Positions 7,503-16,466 of a DNA stretch of 23,360 nt are shown in pieces. The first letter of the stretch is position 1. Every line of letters starts with the position of its first letter. This DNA is from Armatimonadota bacterium (GTDB lineage: Bacteria > Armatimonadota > SYMT01), in the NCBI GenBank assembly GCA_046292385.1, contig JBKBRF010000072.1, positions 1 to 23,360 on the forward strand, in the 5' to 3' direction. The notes beneath the pieces were generated by a model. The model ran no database searches, was not told the origin of the DNA, and saw only the letters and a list, made by a program, of their open reading frames with translations. The translations under genes and the position numbers were made by a program.

Positions 7503-8444
7503 ATGCCCAGACCCAATTCGTCACGCTTCGAGTTCGAGATCCCGCAGAAGCCGCCCCACGTGCAGCCGCCGGAATGGCTCTCCCGCCTCGGCTGGAGGTG
7601 GCTGTGGGCGCTTCCGGCCGCCTTCTTGCTGCTCACCGCCGCCCGGTCGTTCGTGCTGGTCGGCTCCGGCGAGCGTGCGGTGATCTTCAACCGCTTCACC
7701 GGCACGCAGCCGGGCCAGCTTGGCGAAGGGCTCCACTGGCAGATCCCGTGGGTCCAGTCGCCCGTGCTGTATGACGTCCGCACGCAGACCTACTCGATGG
7801 GCGGCTCCAGCAGCGAGGGCAGCCGGGCGGGGCAAGCGCTGGAGGCAGTGACCGCGGACGGCCTGCCGGTATCACTCGACCTTTCCGTGCTCTTCCACGC
7901 CGACCCGGACCAGGTGGCGCGGCTGCACCGGGAGATCGGCCCCGCCTACGTGGAAAAGGTGGTGCGGCCGCAGGTCCGCTCCGAAGCCCGGATGGTCGTC
8001 GCCCGCTACCCGGTGATCGAGGTCTATGGCGAGGGCCGCACCCGCATCGTGGAGGAGGTGAACCGCCGTCTGAAGGATCGGTTCGCCGCCAGCTACATCG
8101 TGCTGGACGAGTTCCTGATGCGCGACGTCCGCTTCTCCCAGGCGTTCCAGGACGCCATCGAGAAGAAGCAGGTCGCGCAGCAGGAGGTCCAGCGGATGGC
8201 GTTCGTGGTGGAGCAGGCCGACCAGGAGCGGCGCCGTAAGATCATCGAGGCGGAAGGCGAGGCGGAGAGCATCCGCCTGAAGGCCGCGGCCCTGAGCCGC
8301 AACCCTCAGCTCGTGGAGTACGAGTACGTGAAGAACCTGCCGCCGGGCGTGAAGACGGTGGTGACCGACGGCCGCACCCTGGTGAACCTGGGAGAGGCGC
8401 TCTCGCCCGCGGCCGCCGCGGAAGCGCAGGGAGGACAGCGATGA
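7503..8444 (+). CDS. SPFH/band-7 prohibitin-family membrane protein, paralog 1
   Basis: N-terminal TM then VGSGERAVIFNRFTG...LGEGLHWQIPWVQ...YDVRTQ, TADGLPVSLDLSVLF, FQDAIEKKQVAQQE, IIEAEGEAESI; AGGAG RBS. Confidence 0.92.
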   Translation: MPRPNSSRFEFEIPQKPPHVQPPEWLSRLGWRWLWALPAAFLLLTAARSFVLVGSGERAVIFNRFTGTQPGQLGEGLHWQIPWVQSPVLYDVRTQTYSMGGSSSEGSRAGQALEAVTADGLPVSLDLSVLFHADPDQVARLHREIGPAYVEKVVRPQVRSEARMVVARYPVIEVYGEGRTRIVEEVNRRLKDRFAASYIVLDEFLMRDVRFSQAFQDAIEKKQVAQQEVQRMAFVVEQADQERRRKIIEAEGEAESIRLKAAALSRNPQLVEYEYVKNLPPGVKTVVTDGRTLVNLGEALSPAAAAEAQGGQR

Positions 8445-9310
8445 GCACCGGTAGAGACGGAACCGGCCGCCGGCCTCGAGCCGCGTGGCTGATCGGGGCG
8501 TGCGCCGTGGTCGGGCTCGGGTTGATCGTTCTCGATCCGTTCGTCGAAGTCGGCGCCGGCGAGCGGGCCGTCCTCTTCAGCCTCAACAGCGGCACCCTCT
8601 CCCGCCAGCTCGGAGAAGGTACCCACCTGATCGTGCCGTGGGTGCAGCGCGCGGAATTCTACGATGTCCGCAGCCGCACCTACACCATGAGCGCGGAGGC
8701 GCGGGACGGCGAACTGCACGGCGACGACGGCCTCTCCACGCTCACCAAGGACGGGCAGGTGGTGCGGGTCGATATCTCCGTCCGCTTCCATCCGGACCCG
8801 GAGCAGATCTACCGCCTGCACCAGAAGGTCGGGAAAGACTACGTCAATAAGATCCTCCGCCCGGAGATCCGCTCGCAGACCCGCATCGCCATTGCGGAGT
8901 ACCCGGTCGACGACGTCTACTCCGCCAAGCGGGAAGAGGTGCAGCGGCGGATCGAGGACCGCCTCCGCAGCTCACTCTCCGAGAACCACCTCGTCGTGGA
9001 GGAAGTGCTGCTCCGGAACATCCAGTTCTCGGACGCCTTCGCCCAGGCGGTGGAGCAAAAGCAGATCGCGCAGCAGGACTCGCAGCGGATGCGCTACGTG
9101 CTGCAGAAAGCGGAGCTGGAGCGGAAGCAGAAGGTGCTGGAAGCGCAGGGCGACGCGAAGAGCATCGAGCTGCGCGGCCAGGCGATCGCGCAGAACGCCC
9201 GCGTGGTGCAGTACGAATACGCGCGCAAGCTCGCGCCGAACGTGAGCGCCGTCATTACCGACGGCCGCAGCGTCTCCGTCCCCTTCTCCGGCAAGAGCGC
9301 CGCACCATAG
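8441..9310 (+). CDS. SPFH/band-7 prohibitin-family membrane protein, paralog 2
   Basis: ATGA overlap with paralog 1 and GGAGG RBS; VGAGERAVLF...LGEGTHLIVPWVQ...YDVRSR, TKDGQVVRVDISVRF, FAQAVEQKQIAQQD. Confidence 0.92.
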   Translation: MSTGRDGTGRRPRAAWLIGACAVVGLGLIVLDPFVEVGAGERAVLFSLNSGTLSRQLGEGTHLIVPWVQRAEFYDVRSRTYTMSAEARDGELHGDDGLSTLTKDGQVVRVDISVRFHPDPEQIYRLHQKVGKDYVNKILRPEIRSQTRIAIAEYPVDDVYSAKREEVQRRIEDRLRSSLSENHLVVEEVLLRNIQFSDAFAQAVEQKQIAQQDSQRMRYVLQKAELERKQKVLEAQGDAKSIELRGQAIAQNARVVQYEYARKLAPNVSAVITDGRSVSVPFSGKSAAP

Positions 9311-9321
9311 GTCGAAACGGC

Positions 9322-9357
9322 GGGGCGGCTCCCCTCACGATGAGCTGGAGCCGCCCC
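9322..9357. terminator. GC-rich hairpin between convergent genes (possible bidirectional terminator)
   Basis: GGGGCGGCTCC (9322-9332) / GGAGCCGCCCC (9347-9357) with inner CTCA-CGA-TGAG; no U-tract. Confidence 0.6.
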
Positions 9358-9362
9358 CCACC

Positions 9363-11519
9363 CTACGTGGCCCGACGAGCGGAGGCGAGCGCCGCTGCCA
9401 CCCTATCCGGCCTCTGGAGTCGGTCTCGATACGCCGCTGGCGGCAGCAACTGCCCGCCGACCTGCCACTTGAGGATGCGGTCGGCTCCCGGCGAGCAGGC
9501 GTAGTAACCATCCGGAGTATGCGCGAGCCACTCGTCGGAAGGCTCGCCAGGCGCGCCGCCCACTACCCGCAGCGTCACCAGCAGATTCCCGGTTTGGGAA
9601 TCCCACAGCCGCACGGTTCCGTCTGTGGCTGCCGACACGAGCGTGTCACCATCCGGCGCGAAGCTGACGCCGCGGATGGCGCCAGAGTGTCCCTCCAGCG
9701 TGAGCCTCTCCCGGCGCGCAGCGAGATCCCAGATCACGATCCGCGGGTCGTACGATCCCCCTACTGCAACGCGGCTCCCGTCCGGCGAGAAGGCCGTGTA
9801 AGAAACGCCGTCCGCGTGGGTCCCGACCTCCCAGTCGATCCGGCCGGTCGCCACCTCCCAGAGGCCGACGCCGAAGCCCAGGAAACCGCCCAGCAGCCAC
9901 TTTCCGTCCGGCGAGAACCGCAGGCTCGCCATCCAGTCGGGGACTTCCGGCGCCTCCATTTGCCGGATCACCTCCCCGGTGGCGGCATCTCGTATGAAGA
10001 TCGGTTTGGCCCCGACGTTAGTCGCGAGCAACAGGCCATCTGGTGAAACGGCGATCTTCTCTGCGTCGAGTTGGTAGCGCAGCGTCCCCGTGTCGAGATC
10101 CCAGGCGTTCAAGTAGGTCCCACAACAGAAGAGGATGCCCAGGGCGCTGGAGAAAGCCACTGACCACCCAGGGTAGCTTTCCCCATTGATCACCTGGAGA
10201 AGCTCGCCCGAGGGGAGCTCCCGGACGTGCAGGCCACTGAACGGCGTCTCGCGTTCTCTCTCCAGGATCTTCCCGCCCCAGACGTGTGCCGACCATCGCC
10301 CGTTAGCACTGATTGCGAGTCCTGATCTCATCAATCGGCACGGCCCATCTACATCGGTCCGCTGGAGCGCTCCGGTGGCCGGATCCCAACACCGCACGGT
10401 GCCGTCGGCGTGAGTGCTCAGGAGCGTATCGCCGCTGGGCGTGAACTCTACCGCGAGCGCCTCGTATTCCGCCCCGGGATGGCTCTGGAGCAATTCGCCG
10501 GTGACCGCACTGGAGAGCCTCACAGCGGAGTCGAGCCCGCCGCTCGCCACGAGCGTGCCGTCCGGCGAGAGGGCGACCCCGCTCACCCAGGGCGTGTGAG
10601 CGATGGTGTCGCACAGTAGCGTGCCGCTGCCGAGGCGCCAGACCATCACGCGTCCACGCAGTGTCCCCGCGGCGAGCAGCCTGCCGTCCGAAGAGAACGC
10701 GGCGGACCGGGCCCCATCGCGCTCGCAGAGCAGCAAATGGCTCCGCCGGCCCCGGCGGGTATCCCAGACCGCGAGAGACAGGTGGCCGCCCAGGGCCACG
10801 CGCCGGCCATCCGCCGAGATCGCGAGCAGGGTCGTTCCGACTCCGCGGCCCGTCACCGTCCGAGGCTTGCCGCAGCACTCGCACGCCTCGGTCCGGCGGT
10901 ACCTTTCGGAGGGCTGATACCGGCCCACTCGCTCGCCGCGCTCTAGGTCCCACACCTGCAGCTCGTGGTGGCCGCGGAAGATCCCCTGCCCGCTCGGCAG
11001 TACGAGACTTTCACCAATCAATATGAAGGAGGCCGCCACTCGGCCATCGGCGGAAACCAGCACATACAGCGGCGCTTTGCCGTGCGTGTCCAGGGAGAGC
11101 CGGCGGAGCTCAGCGCCGGTTCGCGGGTCGAGCCACTTGACCTTGCCCTCGTGAACGGCCAGGATTTGGTCCGGTGACGGATACGCCACCGGATCGCCGC
11201 TATCGGGAAGCACGCGGACGAGGGAGCCGTCCGCCAGGTCCCAGAGACCGACCTTCCACAGACTCGAGCTGGCTAGATACGCCCCGTCGGGCGAAAAGAC
11301 GAGCTGTTTGACTACCTCGTCGTGCCCCGGCAACTGCAGCAGCAGCTCGCCGGTGGGGACGTCCCAGAGCAGGATGCGCCCGTCCCGGTCGCCAGTGGCC
11401 AGGAGCTTACCGCACGGGGAGAAGGCGAGGGCGTCTACGCCCGATTCGTGGCCGGTCCCCAGCACGAGGCGGGGAGCCGCAGTTTCGAGGGATTCCGATC
11501 GGTCGTGATCACAGAGCAT
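9363..11519 (-). CDS. WD40-repeat beta-propeller protein (~718 aa)
   Basis: Many GH...V..LAFSPDG..LA.G..DG...LWD repeats. Start placed at ATG 11519 just before PRLVLGTGH; the ORF-track extension to 11960 overlaps the divergent gene and is non-repeat sequence. Confidence 0.9.
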   Translation of the reverse strand: MLCDHDRSESLETAAPRLVLGTGHESGVDALAFSPCGKLLATGDRDGRILLWDVPTGELLLQLPGHDEVVKQLVFSPDGAYLASSSLWKVGLWDLADGSLVRVLPDSGDPVAYPSPDQILAVHEGKVKWLDPRTGAELRRLSLDTHGKAPLYVLVSADGRVAASFILIGESLVLPSGQGIFRGHHELQVWDLERGERVGRYQPSERYRRTEACECCGKPRTVTGRGVGTTLLAISADGRRVALGGHLSLAVWDTRRGRRSHLLLCERDGARSAAFSSDGRLLAAGTLRGRVMVWRLGSGTLLCDTIAHTPWVSGVALSPDGTLVASGGLDSAVRLSSAVTGELLQSHPGAEYEALAVEFTPSGDTLLSTHADGTVRCWDPATGALQRTDVDGPCRLMRSGLAISANGRWSAHVWGGKILERERETPFSGLHVRELPSGELLQVINGESYPGWSVAFSSALGILFCCGTYLNAWDLDTGTLRYQLDAEKIAVSPDGLLLATNVGAKPIFIRDAATGEVIRQMEAPEVPDWMASLRFSPDGKWLLGGFLGFGVGLWEVATGRIDWEVGTHADGVSYTAFSPDGSRVAVGGSYDPRIVIWDLAARRERLTLEGHSGAIRGVSFAPDGDTLVSAATDGTVRLWDSQTGNLLVTLRVVGGAPGEPSDEWLAHTPDGYYACSPGADRILKWQVGGQLLPPAAYRDRLQRPDRVAAALASARRAT

Positions 11520-11689
11520 TTCCAGGGCGCCCGCAACGGCCGCCGATAGCAGAATGAGCTTCAAGCTGCTCTGCGTTTCCTTCGGTGCGGGAGAGCGTCG
11601 CTCCTGCGCCGTTACAGCAGCGCGCCACGAGAGGGCGGCCGAGGTGGAGTCGCCCCCGCCCAGCGTGCACGTAGCGTTCACGCCCGGAC

Positions 11690-11716
11690 TTGACGTCGCG
11701 GCTCGGCGGATAATGT
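11690..11716 (+). promoter_or_regulatory. Possible sigma70-type promoter for the glycoside hydrolase
   Basis: TTGACG (11690-11695) and TAATGT (11711-11716); the 15-nt spacer is suboptimal. Confidence 0.3.
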
Positions 11717-11757
11717 ATTCGTCCACCCCTTCACCTCGCCAACCCGGAGCCCGTCCC

Positions 11758-14517
11758 ATGTCGCTCGCCCGTCTCTTCCCTCTCGCCCTGCTCGCCGCGT
11801 CCGGCCTCTTCGCGCTGCGGGGCGGACAGGCCGCGCAGGCCCGGCCGGCGTCGATCTGGATCGAGGGGGAGAGCGCCGTCTCGTCTCGCATGACACACGG
11901 GCACCCGTGGTACGCGCGGGCGGTGAAGCCGGAGCTGCTCTCCGGGGGCGACTGGCTCACGCATTGGGACGCGGAGAAGCCGGGGCAGGCGAGCTATCGT
12001 GTACAGGCCGCGGAGGGCGGCCGCTACCACTTCTGGCTGCGCGCCAACCCGGTGCAGGCGCGGCTCCGCTACCGGCTCGGCGGCGGTGAGTGGCGCGAGG
12101 TGCCGCTGAACGCCGCAGTCGATCGGGTGAACGTGGCGAACGACGGCAAGCCGGACCTCCGCTTCCTCGGTTGGATCCCCGCCGGCCCGGTAGAGCTGCC
12201 GCGCGGGGCCAGCACGCTGGAGCTGCAGGCGGAGAGCGGCAACCACCACCACGGCGCCATCGATGCCCTCGTCTTTACCCGGGACGCGGCGTGGGAGCCG
12301 AAGGGGACTGCGAAGCCCGGAGCGGCGCCGGTTGCGGCGGAAAAGGTCGCGGCGGAGGGCGCCTGGGCGTTCCAGCCCGAGGCGGACCGGTTCTCGCCCG
12401 ACGCGCTGCTCGACCTCCGCTCCCTGAACGAGACGGTGGCGGGACAGCACGGCTTCATCCGGCGCTCCGCGGACGGACGCGACTTCGTCCGCGGCGACGG
12501 CCAGCCGATCCGGTTCTGGGCCGTGGGGAGCACCGTCTACCGGCAGGGGCCGCGAGCGCTGGCGGACCACGCCCGGTTCCTGGCGAAGCGCGGCGTGAAC
12601 ATGGTCCGCTGGCACGGGCAGATCCCGCTCCAGGAAGAGGGCGGGCAGCTCGGCGCCATCGACGAGAAGGCGCGCGAGGAGCTGTGGCAGTACGTGGCGG
12701 CGATGAAGAAGGAAGGCATCTACGTCACTGTCTCCCCCTACTACCCGCACGCGACGAAGGTGCTGAAGAGCTGGGGCGTCGACTCGCCGCAGAAGAACAC
12801 GACCGGGCTCCTCTTCTTCGATCCGAAGGTGCAGGCCGCCTACAAGAGCTGGCTCCGGCAGCTCTTCGAGCCGAAGAACCCGCACACCGGCGTGGCGCTG
12901 AAGGATGAGCCGGCGGTGGCGCTGGTGCAGATCCAAAACGAAGATTCGCTGCTCTTCTGGACTTTCAACGAGATCGCCGGCGCGGAGCGGCTGCTCCTCC
13001 ACCGCAAGTTCGGCCAGTGGCTTCACCGGAAGTACGGCTCCACCGCCGCGGCGCGGCAGGCCTGGGAAGACCAGGCGCTGGAGGGCGACGACTGGACCGC
13101 GGGGGTGGTGGCGATCGGGAACCTCTACGATCTCACCACCGGGCCGATCCGGCAGTTCGGGCCGCCACAGGGCGGGCGCGCGAAGCGGCTGGCGGACCAG
13201 GCGGAGTTCCTGACGGAGACGATGCGCGCCTGGAACGCGGAGGTGGTCCGCTTCCTCCGCGACGAGATCGGCGCCAAGCAGCTCGTCAACGCCGGCAACT
13301 GGAAGACCGCCGACCCGGTGCTGCTGAACGACCTGGAGCGGTACTCCTACACCGCTACCGACGTGATCGGCGTGAACCGCTACTACAACGGCGGGGTGCA
13401 CGAGGGGGAGCACAACGGCTGGGCCATCGTGAACGGCGACCGGTTCAGCAACGAGTCGGTCGTCCGGAATCCGCGCGAGCTGCCGGTGAGCCTGAAGCAG
13501 GTGGCCGGGCACCCGATGATCATCTCCGAGTCGCTCTGGGTGCCGCCGCTCGGGTACCAGTCGGAAGCGCCGTTCCTGGTGAGCGCCTACCAGTCGCTGA
13601 ACGGCGTCGACGCCTTCTACTGGTTCAACATCGGGGAGTCGCAGTGGCGGGAGCCTTCCTCCGCCAACGGCTACCTCCCCTCGCTCGGCAAGTGGGTCGC
13701 CAATACACCGGAGCTGCTGGGCAACTTCCCGGCGGCCGCCCTCATCTTCCGCCGCGGCTACGTGGCGCAGGGCCGCGCTGTAGTGCAGGAGAAGCGCGCG
13801 CTGGCCGACCTCTGGACCCGCCGCGTGCCGCTCGTCTCCGAGGAGGGGACGTACGACCCGAACCGGGACCGCGGCAGCTTCGCGCCGGCGCTGGGGGCGA
13901 AGACGCAGGTGGACCAGCTCGCGTTCCTCGTCGGGCCGGTGGAGGTGGAGTACGGCGCCGATCCGGCCGGGAGCAAGGCCGCCGACCTGGGGCCCTACCT
14001 GGACCACGAGCGGCAGGTGGTCCGCTCGAATACCGGGCAGCTCGCCTGGGACTACGGCCAGGGCATCGTGACGCTCGACGCGCCGAAGGCGCAGGGGGTC
14101 ACCGGCTTCCTCAGCGCCCGCAAGACGTTCGAGCTCTCGGACGTGACCCTCACCTCGACCAACCACTACGCCTCCGTGACGGTGGTCTCGCTCGACGACC
14201 GGCCGCTGAAGGAGGCGAAACAGGTGCTGGTGCAGGTCGGCACGGAGGCGCGTCCGCGCGGCTGGGCGCAGAAGCCGGTGACGTGGAAGACGCGGGACGG
14301 CGCGGAGATGAAGGGCTTCGAGATCGTCAGCTACGGGGAGAAGCCGTGGCTGATCCAGAACGCCAAGATGCAGCTCAGCGTCCGCAACCCTCACCTCACG
14401 CGGATGATCGTGCTCGACGTGAACGGGGTCCGCCGCTCCGAGCTGCCGCTCCAGCGGTCGCGGGGCACCGTCACCCTCACCCTGCCCAAAGACGCGAAGT
14501 ACGTCGTGCTGGAGTGA
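11758..14517 (+). CDS. Secreted glycoside hydrolase, clan GH-A (GH5/GH42-like) with an N-terminal CBM-like beta-sandwich (~919 aa)
   Basis: Signal peptide MSLARLFPLALLAASG..AAQA; IWIEGE...GRYHFWLR...AIDALVFT CBM6/35-like module; GQHGFI...DFVRGDGQPIRFWAV, GVNMVRWH, NPHTG.ALKDEPA, QNEDS (candidate acid/base) and MIISE (candidate nucleophile). GGAG RBS before ATG 11758. Confidence 0.75.
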   Translation: MSLARLFPLALLAASGLFALRGGQAAQARPASIWIEGESAVSSRMTHGHPWYARAVKPELLSGGDWLTHWDAEKPGQASYRVQAAEGGRYHFWLRANPVQARLRYRLGGGEWREVPLNAAVDRVNVANDGKPDLRFLGWIPAGPVELPRGASTLELQAESGNHHHGAIDALVFTRDAAWEPKGTAKPGAAPVAAEKVAAEGAWAFQPEADRFSPDALLDLRSLNETVAGQHGFIRRSADGRDFVRGDGQPIRFWAVGSTVYRQGPRALADHARFLAKRGVNMVRWHGQIPLQEEGGQLGAIDEKAREELWQYVAAMKKEGIYVTVSPYYPHATKVLKSWGVDSPQKNTTGLLFFDPKVQAAYKSWLRQLFEPKNPHTGVALKDEPAVALVQIQNEDSLLFWTFNEIAGAERLLLHRKFGQWLHRKYGSTAAARQAWEDQALEGDDWTAGVVAIGNLYDLTTGPIRQFGPPQGGRAKRLADQAEFLTETMRAWNAEVVRFLRDEIGAKQLVNAGNWKTADPVLLNDLERYSYTATDVIGVNRYYNGGVHEGEHNGWAIVNGDRFSNESVVRNPRELPVSLKQVAGHPMIISESLWVPPLGYQSEAPFLVSAYQSLNGVDAFYWFNIGESQWREPSSANGYLPSLGKWVANTPELLGNFPAAALIFRRGYVAQGRAVVQEKRALADLWTRRVPLVSEEGTYDPNRDRGSFAPALGAKTQVDQLAFLVGPVEVEYGADPAGSKAADLGPYLDHERQVVRSNTGQLAWDYGQGIVTLDAPKAQGVTGFLSARKTFELSDVTLTSTNHYASVTVVSLDDRPLKEAKQVLVQVGTEARPRGWAQKPVTWKTRDGAEMKGFEIVSYGEKPWLIQNAKMQLSVRNPHLTRMIVLDVNGVRRSELPLQRSRGTVTLTLPKDAKYVVLE

Positions 14518-14584
14518 GCGCCAGGATAGCGCTGCGTCGTGTCGTGGGTATCTCCCCCCGGGTTTCTCGAGACCGGAGAGACGA

Positions 14585-15100
14585 ATGGGCACAGACCAGG
14601 GCTCCAATCCATTCGCGGTGCTGTCGCTGATCGTGGCGCCCGCGGTGCTCACCAACGCGGCGTCGGTGCTGATCATGAGCACCAGCAACCGCCTGGCCCG
14701 GGCGGTCGACCGGGCTCGGGTCCTCTCCGCGGAGCTGGAGCAGAAGAGCGCGCCGGCCGACGAGCGGACCCCGTTCCGCCTGCGCGAGCTCGAGGCCGTG
14801 GAGCAGCGCTCCTTCATGCTCCTCGCCGCGCTCCGACATTTCTACGCCGCACTCGCCGGCTTCGCCAGCGCCGCGCTCCTCTCTCTGCTCGGCGCCGTCC
14901 TGGCGCGGAGCCTTCCCGCGGCGCTTCTCCAGGCGCTGGAGGCGGTGGCGGTGCTCGCCGGCTTGTTCGCGGTCGGCAGTCTGGTCCTCGGCGCCGCCAC
15001 CCTGATCCGCGAGACGCGGATCGCCGTCCTGCGGCTGCAAGAGCGCACCGTGGAGCTCCGGCGCTCTCTTGAAGACCGTACCACGCCCCACGGCGACTGA
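14585..15100 (+). CDS. DUF2721 family small membrane protein
   Basis: LSLIVAPAVL...STSNRLARAVDRAR, then two further TM helices ending LIRETRIA; GGAGAG RBS. Confidence 0.8.
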   Translation: MGTDQGSNPFAVLSLIVAPAVLTNAASVLIMSTSNRLARAVDRARVLSAELEQKSAPADERTPFRLRELEAVEQRSFMLLAALRHFYAALAGFASAALLSLLGAVLARSLPAALLQALEAVAVLAGLFAVGSLVLGAATLIRETRIAVLRLQERTVELRRSLEDRTTPHGD

Positions 15101-15209
15101 ATTGCCGGCTTTCCGGAAGCCCGCCGGAACACGCCTGCACCCCGTCCGATCCGGGTAAGACCGGCCGAGACCCGATGCCCGAGTAGCGGGGCAAGGGAGG
15201 CGGAGAGTT

Positions 15210-16424
15210 ATGGCGATTATCCAGGGGCTGCTGGCGGTCATCGCCCGGTCGGCCGGCAAGCTGCTGAATACGGTGTTCGGGTGGGCCACCACCCTTCTCT
15301 TCGGAAAGGTGTCCGAAGACCGGCAGATCTACCTTTCGATCATGTCGTTCGGCTCCGTGGCGTGGCTTGTGGTCGCCATCGGGGTGATCTTCCCCTCGGT
15401 GGGGACCTTCCTGCTCGCCTTCGTGCCGCTCCCGGAGTGGGTGAACGACAATTGGGTCCGCTTGATCATGCTGGCGGCGGCACTGCTGATTCCGCTGCTG
15501 GTCGGCGGGATCGCGCTCAAGCTGCTGGAGCCGGACCAGCGTCCGGAGGACGCCGCCGGCAAGGCGAAGGTGATCCTGAAGGGCTACCCCTACACGCTGG
15601 GGATCGCGGTCACCCTGGTCCTGATGACCCTGTTCGCGCCGCTGCTCAAGCTGCCGGCGCTGGCCCGCCGGTGGGAGACCCAGCACGTCCCGGTGGTGGT
15701 CGACTCGGACCAGTACTGCTCCACGCTGGAGCAGGTGGAGCGGGCGCTGGAAGAGACCGGCTGGCAGCTCCGGCGGGGGCCGGCGAGCTGGATGCTCCGG
15801 CTGCCCACGCGAGTCCTGACGGCGCTGGCCGGCGGCGCGATCGAGAACATGGTCGCGCGCCAGCTCACGACGCTGCGGTCGGACAACCTGGAAGTCACGC
15901 TCCACCCCTCCGATCTGGTCGTCAGCGGCAAAGAGGCGGAGGTGGCGCACGCCCGCGCCGTCGTGGCGGAGCAGCTCGCCTTCGCCCCGGCCTACATGAC
16001 CTGGACCCGCGAAGCGAACGGGCTGGAAGATCAGCTGGATGCGCTCTGGCGGGAGAACCGAGACCGGCCGGCCGCGGGTGAGGACCGCCGGGCGCTCGAG
16101 CGGCTCCACCAGATCGAAGAGGCGCTGAAGGGTCTGCGGATTTCCTACGAAGAGTGGGAGGTGCTCACCCGCCAGAAGCTGCTGCTGGAGCGGAGCATTC
16201 TGCGATCCCTGGCGGGGATCACCGACCGCCCGGAGAGCCCCGACCGCCGCGGCCGGGAGCCGGAGCGCGCTCCGGCCGCGGAGATTACCCAGCGTGCGGA
16301 GCGCCCCGTCCCGTCGCAAGGTGTGCGGCGGGAGACGGGCGGCGGTCTCCGCGCGGGAGTGGCGGCGCTGCTCGCCTCCGCAGCTTGGATCTGGCACCGG
16401 AGAAACCGCAGCCGGGGCCGGTGA
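15210..16424 (+). CDS. Hypothetical membrane protein
   Basis: 404-aa ORF with host-like codon use, GGGAGG RBS, several N-terminal TM segments, a soluble helical region and a C-terminal hydrophobic+basic tail; no family recognised. Confidence 0.75.
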   Translation: MAIIQGLLAVIARSAGKLLNTVFGWATTLLFGKVSEDRQIYLSIMSFGSVAWLVVAIGVIFPSVGTFLLAFVPLPEWVNDNWVRLIMLAAALLIPLLVGGIALKLLEPDQRPEDAAGKAKVILKGYPYTLGIAVTLVLMTLFAPLLKLPALARRWETQHVPVVVDSDQYCSTLEQVERALEETGWQLRRGPASWMLRLPTRVLTALAGGAIENMVARQLTTLRSDNLEVTLHPSDLVVSGKEAEVAHARAVVAEQLAFAPAYMTWTREANGLEDQLDALWRENRDRPAAGEDRRALERLHQIEEALKGLRISYEEWEVLTRQKLLLERSILRSLAGITDRPESPDRRGREPERAPAAEITQRAERPVPSQGVRRETGGGLRAGVAALLASAAWIWHRRNRSRGR

Positions 16425-16464
16425 GGAGCCGGGAGCCGGGCGTCTAGCCCGACTCCCGGCTCCT
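16424..16464. terminator. 18-bp stem hairpin made of GGGAGCC 7-mers, abutting the IS left end
   Basis: AGGAGCCGGGAGCCGGGC-GTCTA-GCCCGACTCCCGGCTCCT, one mismatch in 18 bp. Confidence 0.6.
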
Positions 16465-16466
16465 AA

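Noticed and set aside
11520..11960. N-terminal extensions of the WD40 (to 11960) and glycoside hydrolase (from 11554) ORFs implying a head-to-head overlap
   Set aside because: Both have better downstream starts (11519 and 11758), leaving an ordinary 238-bp divergent spacer.
11731..14817. 1028-aa antisense ORF, and similar long shadow ORFs such as 2688-4172, 14814-16646 and 21510-23006
   Set aside because: They lie opposite genes with clear family motifs, have Arg/Pro/Ala-rich motif-less translations, and are expected in high-GC DNA.
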